From positions 64,001 to 128,000 of the forward strand of contig OZ252287.1 of NCBI GenBank assembly GCA_965250085.1: a stretch of 64,000 nt of DNA, read 5' to 3'. The position numbers and the translations under genes are program-made. Source of the DNA: Candidatus Altimarinota bacterium. Its GTDB lineage: Bacteria > Patescibacteriota > Gracilibacteria > CAIRYL01. The notes under the pieces were generated by a model that saw only the letters and a program-made list of their open reading frames with translations, made no database searches and had not been told where the DNA came from. Below are positions 58,858 to 64,000 of this stretch, piece by piece (the first letter of the stretch is position 1; each line of letters begins with the position of its first letter).

Positions 58858-58958
58858 CAAATCCAAGCTCTTCAAGAGCCAAGAGTATTTCCGAACGAAG
58901 TCCAATTGTTTTGAATGCGGTCATGAAGAAAGAATGATCTAAAAGAATGGCGATTCAG
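58858..58958. repeat. 101-bp direct repeat, copy 2 (orphan deaD 5' fragment)
   Basis: Minus strand encodes MTAFKTIGLRSEILLALEELGF, then diverges. Confidence 0.93.
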
Positions 58959-59093
58959 AGGAGTGCGGTATGGAGAGCAATACAACGCAGGAATATATTC
59001 CAAAACAATTTTTTCGAGAAATATTGACGTAATAAAAAGAATATACTACGCTACAATCTAATTTTATGCGTTCTCATTTCATGCATTCTTTGT

Positions 59094-60560
59094 ATGTCCG
59101 AAAAAAGTCCATTAGTTCACACATCCAGCCGTACTCAACATCCAGAAATAGTTATCGCGGCTCATCCTGGAGCGATGACCTCTTTGGGAAATACTCAGGA
59201 CACGGAAAAAGGACTCCTGGAGGGGAGAAGTGGTATACGTGAGTTTGACCCAACCGAAATTGCCAACATGCAACTTCAAGCTCAGGTTGCGGGTATGGAG
59301 GAGCAGACACTACTAGAAATAGCATGGAAATCAGGAGTAGGAGCTCTTGTTTCTCCTGAAGATGAAAATCTTTTTGAATATCCAAAATCCCTTCAACCTC
59401 CCAGAGGATCAAAACCAGCTCGGGCAGGGCGTTCTATTCGCTATGCTTATGCCGCTGCCAGGCAAGCATTGGCGATACTTCCGCCAGAATTATTTGATCC
59501 CGAAGGATATATTCATCCAGAGTATCAAGACAACACTATGATAGATGTGGGGATGGGAGCAGGAGTAGATATTGAAAACCTAGAGGGTGCGTATCTAGAG
59601 CTTCTAACCGGTGCTGATAAAGGAAAAGTACAAGGAAGATATGCAATTCCCACTTTTATGACAGGCACACTTGCAAACCTCGCCGCGGGACATATTGCAA
59701 ATGAATTTGGAATACGAGGAGGGACACAATCAACAAATGCAGCATGCGCTTCTTCGGGGCATGCTATGAAAAATTTGCACAATTCTCTTCTCACAGGTGA
59801 GGCTCAGATAGGAGTGGTCGTTGGCTCTGATGCAGCAGCAAGAACTGTGACAGGTGTCGTTTCCTTCGATTCTCTTATGGGCCCCCGAAGACAGGGGGCG
59901 CTTTCTCGGAATTGGAGAGACCATGGTGGCGCCACAAAAGCTCTTCGAGCCTTTGATGAGAGCAGAGATGGTTTTGTCCCAGGAGATGGAGCAGCAGCAT
60001 TTGTCATGATGAAACGTGAGCTTGCAGATACAGTACCGGTAGAATACCAAGCAATTGTACGTTCGATCGTACGAAACACTTGTAACCCACAGAGAGATGG
60101 AGGATCTCTCACGGGAGGGACTATTCAGGGACAAACAAATTGCCTTCGTCAGGCAGTAGAACAAGCTCGGCTTTCCGCTACGAACTTTACAGGGAGGCTC
60201 AATTTTATAGTTCATGGCACAGGGACACAGTTGGGGGCTGAAAATGAAATAGCGGGAATACGAGAAAATTTTGCAGACTTTCTAAATGATGAAAAGATAA
60301 TAATCACAGGAAACAAAGAGCAACTTGGGCACACACTCGGAGGAGCATTTGCCCTCAACGTGTTTCAAGCACTCATGGCAATGAAGAAGGAGCAGTGCTC
60401 AGGGCTTCCGGCTACAAGAAATATTGATCCAAAGTTTGTAGATGTTGCACAGGCAATTGCTCAGCAGAGTTTTTGTGTCTCAGGCGAAGATATGTATGGA
60501 GTAGCCGCTTATGGTTTTGGAGGTGTAAACGCTGTAGCAATCCTCGAACCAGCTCACTAG
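59094..60560 (+). CDS. FabF/FabB-like beta-ketoacyl synthase
   Basis: AACASS (Cys), RAFDESRDGFV.GDG, VHGTGT, KEQLGHTLGG, GFGGVNA; promoter-like TTGACG-17-TACGCT at 59024. Confidence 0.88.
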   Translation: MSEKSPLVHTSSRTQHPEIVIAAHPGAMTSLGNTQDTEKGLLEGRSGIREFDPTEIANMQLQAQVAGMEEQTLLEIAWKSGVGALVSPEDENLFEYPKSLQPPRGSKPARAGRSIRYAYAAARQALAILPPELFDPEGYIHPEYQDNTMIDVGMGAGVDIENLEGAYLELLTGADKGKVQGRYAIPTFMTGTLANLAAGHIANEFGIRGGTQSTNAACASSGHAMKNLHNSLLTGEAQIGVVVGSDAAARTVTGVVSFDSLMGPRRQGALSRNWRDHGGATKALRAFDESRDGFVPGDGAAAFVMMKRELADTVPVEYQAIVRSIVRNTCNPQRDGGSLTGGTIQGQTNCLRQAVEQARLSATNFTGRLNFIVHGTGTQLGAENEIAGIRENFADFLNDEKIIITGNKEQLGHTLGGAFALNVFQALMAMKKEQCSGLPATRNIDPKFVDVAQAIAQQSFCVSGEDMYGVAAYGFGGVNAVAILEPAH

Positions 60561-60590
60561 AGATATTTCTTTTTTAAAAATCATCGCATA

Positions 60591-62141
60591 GTGCAGTCGA
60601 CAGAAAAATCAGCAGCAGAAACAGTACCTTCAGAGCTCGAACAGGCTCGAAATCTCCCAACGGATAAATTTTTGCAAAGATATAGGAATGTTTTGAGTGA
60701 TGTGTTTCAGGCTGGCGAACCTGATATTCATAACACATTCCTTTCAGCAGAAAATTGGAAAAAACTTGTGCAAGCCGGTGCACTTTTGCCAGCTATTGCT
60801 CAAGAAAGAGGAGGAAGAGCCGATAGCACATTAGAATTTCTGAGTATTCATACAGAAGCTTCCAGATACTCTTTGCCACTGAGCCTTTATCTCGGAATTG
60901 TAAATGCCTTGTTTTTAAGGAATCTGAGGAAATATGGAAGTGGAGAGACTCAAGATGAAATTTTTCCAAAGTTTCACCAAGGGGCTACTGGTGGCCTTGC
61001 AGTGAGTGAGCCGGGATATGGTACTGAAGCTTTTAATATGCAAACTTCGTATAGAGAGATTCCAAAAGGAGGATATCGTATTTCAGGGGAAAAACACTGG
61101 CAGGGATTGAGTGGTTCAGCAGATTATTGGCTTGTGGCGGCAAGAGAAAAAGATAAAAACGGAGACTTGTCACGACACCCCGACCTCTTTTTTTGTAGAG
61201 AAGGGCTTAGATTAGAAAGGAACTATGAAACAAGTGGCCTCAAAATGATCCCCTATGGGAGAAGTGCGATAGATGTGGTCACACGAGAAACACGGAGAGC
61301 TCTTCCAGATTCTACAAAAATTGCAATGTGGCAAGACATCTTCCTATCGAGTAGAGTCGGATTTCCGGCAATGACGCTTGGTTTTTTGGAGCAAAACTTT
61401 GATAAAGCACAAGAGCATTGCTCCCGAAGACCTATGGGGAACGATCATTTGATTAATTTTGATCAGGTTCAAAGTCGTTTGGCGAAAATGCAAGCATACG
61501 AAACAATTTGTAGAGCAATGGTCTCTCATACCGCAAAAAATATAAAATTAGATGATGTTTTAGACCAAGGAAACAGATTTGAAGTCGCAAAACAATCGAT
61601 CAGAGCAAATGCTCATAAAGCACTCATTACTGAATATATGGCTGAATCCGCAAGGCACGGAAGAATTTTGCAGGGCGGAATGGGATTTGAAACAAGTAAT
61701 TATTTTTCCAGAGCCATGGAAGACAGTTGGCCATTTCAGATATTTGAAGGCCCAAATGATACTCTGTACTCCCAAATTTCTACCTCACTTGCAACCCTGA
61801 TAAAAACAAGAAAACACGAAAGTGTTGCTGATCTTTTGAAAAATTTTGATCTCACAAAAGAAGTCGCTGGTAAATTTACCAAACTTTTTGACTTCACATT
61901 TGACAGAAAAAGAACTCCTCAACGAAAGCTGGTGCTCCTCGGTCAAGCTATGGCAAGGATAATTGCTTTTCAATACTTAGAAGAAATGGGGTCACTAGAT
62001 CCCAAACAACAACCATATGTTCACAATGCACAAATGCTTTTGTACATGGAAATAGAGGAAATTCTCGGAAATTATAAAAGCGAAAAATTTCTGGAGACCG
62101 TCGAAGGAGTTCGTGAGCAATGGCAAAATATTTTTCTCTAA
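60591..62141 (+). CDS. Acyl-CoA dehydrogenase family protein
   Basis: GGLAVSEPGYGTEA, GEKHWQG, QGGMGF, QIFEGPN (catalytic Glu). Confidence 0.88.
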   Translation: MQSTEKSAAETVPSELEQARNLPTDKFLQRYRNVLSDVFQAGEPDIHNTFLSAENWKKLVQAGALLPAIAQERGGRADSTLEFLSIHTEASRYSLPLSLYLGIVNALFLRNLRKYGSGETQDEIFPKFHQGATGGLAVSEPGYGTEAFNMQTSYREIPKGGYRISGEKHWQGLSGSADYWLVAAREKDKNGDLSRHPDLFFCREGLRLERNYETSGLKMIPYGRSAIDVVTRETRRALPDSTKIAMWQDIFLSSRVGFPAMTLGFLEQNFDKAQEHCSRRPMGNDHLINFDQVQSRLAKMQAYETICRAMVSHTAKNIKLDDVLDQGNRFEVAKQSIRANAHKALITEYMAESARHGRILQGGMGFETSNYFSRAMEDSWPFQIFEGPNDTLYSQISTSLATLIKTRKHESVADLLKNFDLTKEVAGKFTKLFDFTFDRKRTPQRKLVLLGQAMARIIAFQYLEEMGSLDPKQQPYVHNAQMLLYMEIEEILGNYKSEKFLETVEGVREQWQNIFL

Positions 62142-62172
62142 AAAAAAGCAGAGAACTCTGTGCAGAGCTATT

Positions 62173-62577
62173 TTATTCTGTCACCACAAACGAGCCAACC
62201 ATCCCCAGTTCGCGATGTGAACCGATACTGCAATAAAACTCATATGTTTTTCCGGCACTGTCTGTAGGTACTTCAAATTCGAGAATTTCTTCTTCTCCTG
62301 CCCGGAGTCGAGAACTTTCCACTCCCAGTTCATCGAGATCAAAATCATGAGTTCCTTCTACATTGACCAACTTGATGCGAATGGTCGATCCTGCTTTGGC
62401 TTCGATAATATTGGGTTCGTAATAAAAGTTTCCCAGCTCCAGAGTGTAGTCAACTCCTCCTTCTTCTTGCTGAGCATCTGTGGAGAGGTCTTTCACTCCT
62501 TGTTCTTGAGGAGTCTGTGACACATGCGAACATCCGGCTAAAAAAAGGGACAAGAGAAAAATTTTGAGTGATTTCAT
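62173..62577 (-). CDS. Cupredoxin (type 1 copper) lipoprotein
   Basis: Lipobox LAGC; His (GTHDF) plus C-SIGS-H-RELG-M copper ligands; ATG 62577. Confidence 0.85.
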   Translation of the reverse strand: MKSLKIFLLSLFLAGCSHVSQTPQEQGVKDLSTDAQQEEGGVDYTLELGNFYYEPNIIEAKAGSTIRIKLVNVEGTHDFDLDELGVESSRLRAGEEEILEFEVPTDSAGKTYEFYCSIGSHRELGMVGSFVVTE

Positions 62578-62735
62578 ATTGAGAGTAAAAAAATAAGTAC
62601 AAAAATTGTATTGTTTTTCTATAGAAAAAAGCAAATAAAGAAAAAAATACTAAAAACTGAAAGCGAGGAATTGAATCTTTTTTACGAAAATAGTTTTTTC
62701 TTTGCTACAATACACATGATTTTTTCTCAAAGAGT

Positions 62736-63431
62736 ATGTACACCCTTGTTGTCGTTCGTCATGGAGAGAGCACATGGAATAAGCTCAATCAATTTACCGG
62801 ATGGACAGATGTGCCGTTAAGTGAAAAAGGAGTGAAGGAAGCGAAAACTGGCGGAAGACTTCTTCAAGAAAAAGGATTTGAGTTTGATTTTTGCTACACT
62901 TCATATCTCAAGAGAGCCGTTCATACATTAGATTTGATTTTGGATGAGATGGATCTCAGTTGGCTCCCTGTAGAAAAAACATGGAGGCTCAATGAAAGAT
63001 GCTATGGAGCGCTACAAGGACTCAATAAGGCAGAGATGGCAGAGAAGCACGGGAAAGAGCAGGTGCACATTTGGCGAAGGAGCTATGCCACTCCTCCTCC
63101 TGCGCTGACCGAAGATGACGAGAGATATCCAGGGAATGATAGGCGCTACGCGGATCTTTCCAAAGATCAAGTTCCATTTACAGAAAGTCTTGCAGACACC
63201 GTTGAGAGAATGCTCCCATTTATTGAAAACACTCTTTTTCCAATAATTCGATCTGGAAAGAGAGTTCTTGTTTCTGCTCATGGAAACAGCCTTCGGGCAC
63301 TTGTGAAGTACTTGGAGAATATTTCTGACACAGATATTCCGGGGGTAGAAATTCCTACAGGTATTCCCCTTGTCTATGAATTGCACAAGAATCTTGAGCC
63401 AATCAATAAATACTATTTGAAAGAAGAATAA
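62736..63431 (+). CDS. gpmA: 2,3-BPG-dependent phosphoglycerate mutase
   Basis: VRHGES.WN, FTGW.DV, LNERCYG.LQG, AHGNSLR. Confidence 0.97.
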   Translation: MYTLVVVRHGESTWNKLNQFTGWTDVPLSEKGVKEAKTGGRLLQEKGFEFDFCYTSYLKRAVHTLDLILDEMDLSWLPVEKTWRLNERCYGALQGLNKAEMAEKHGKEQVHIWRRSYATPPPALTEDDERYPGNDRRYADLSKDQVPFTESLADTVERMLPFIENTLFPIIRSGKRVLVSAHGNSLRALVKYLENISDTDIPGVEIPTGIPLVYELHKNLEPINKYYLKEE

Positions 63432-63501
63432 CAAGCGGGAGAAAAAATTTCACAAAAGGACTCTTTGTCTCTACAATGGGACGACAAAATAATTCTTTTT
63501 T

Positions 63502-64000
63502 ATGGAGCAAGCGTTTTCGGACATTCTTAGGAACATGAAATCATATAATGCTTTGCAGGATACAAAGCGTGTGAAAATGGCGTATACAACAGCCCTCAAA
63601 CATCATGGCTCACAAAAAAGAATTTCAGGAGAGCCCTATATGTTTCATCCACTTGCAGTCGCTTCACTTTTGACAGAGTTAAAAGCAGACGAAGACGCTA
63701 TTATCGCCGCACTTCTCCATGATTTACTTGAAGACACCTCTCTTTCTCTTTCCGAAATAGAGCATGAGTTTGGAAAAGATGTAGCACTTCTTGTAGACGG
63801 GGTGACCAAAATATCACGAGAAGAATATTCGACAGACGATCCTCAAAAATGGCGCCTCGCATCACTGAGAAAAATGTTTGAGATCATGGGACAGGATATC
63901 CGAGCGATTCTCATAAAAATTTGTGATCGTTTGCATAATATGAAAACTCTTTCTGCTCTTCCCAAAGAAAAACAACAAAGAATTGCCGAAGAAACCCTCC
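63502..64000 (+). CDS. RelA/SpoT family protein, N-terminal HD domain (partial)
   Basis: Hand-translated: HGSQKRISGEPYMFHP, AALLHDLLEDT, VDGVTK, IKICDRLHNMKTL. Confidence 0.92.
   Translation, partial: MEQAFSDILRNMKSYNALQDTKRVKMAYTTALKHHGSQKRISGEPYMFHPLAVASLLTELKADEDAIIAALLHDLLEDTSLSLSEIEHEFGKDVALLVDGVTKISREEYSTDDPQKWRLASLRKMFEIMGQDIRAILIKICDRLHNMKTLSALPKEKQQRIAEETL

Noticed and set aside
1-64000. UGA-to-Gly recoding (genetic code 25), as in Gracilibacteria/Absconditabacteria
   Set aside because: Conserved genes are full length in code 11, and TGA ends genes at the expected positions (murD, rsmG, EamA, PMM/PGM, pyrE).
1-64000. tRNA, rRNA, tmRNA, dif or oriC sites
   Set aside because: No cloverleaf, rRNA-like tract, convincing dif match or DnaA-box cluster was recognised by eye.

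Overview
This is a 64 kb, AT-rich bacterial chromosome segment in the standard genetic code. TGA is a real stop, with ATGA overlaps such as 3994-3997 and 14030-14033. Gene content and style point to a Patescibacteria/CPR genome, probably Peregrinibacteria-like; this is inference from short shuffled operons, pyrimidine/AT-rich leaders without clear Shine-Dalgarno sites, DUF11 surface proteins with an xxSTGP-TM tail, and charged tails on housekeeping proteins. Housekeeping genes include rmlA/rmlD, recG, a Xer recombinase, murI, rsmA, murD, rsmG, rlmE, PMM/PGM, pyrE, greA, rpoD, dnaG, rplJL with an L10 leader, ald, gap, ispDF, galU, typA, csp, deaD, gpmA and a partial rel. They are interleaved with single orphan genes that carry their own sigma70-like promoters. 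The most interesting observations are: (1) a FabF-like ketosynthase plus acyl-CoA dehydrogenase pair with intact catalytic residues and no ACP; (2) two DUF11 surface proteins, where the first lacks its last beta-strand and the second carries a free copy of that strand; (3) a PIF1 helicase bracketed by a 101-bp duplication of the deaD 5' end; (4) an IS1595/IS1016-type element with an 8-bp TSD splitting a triple wHTH gene; (5) a RAYT transposase and several small palindromic repeat families, some inserted in frame in genes; (6) a divergent PEP-utilizer/ATP-grasp orphan. No rRNA, tRNA or CRISPR array was seen.
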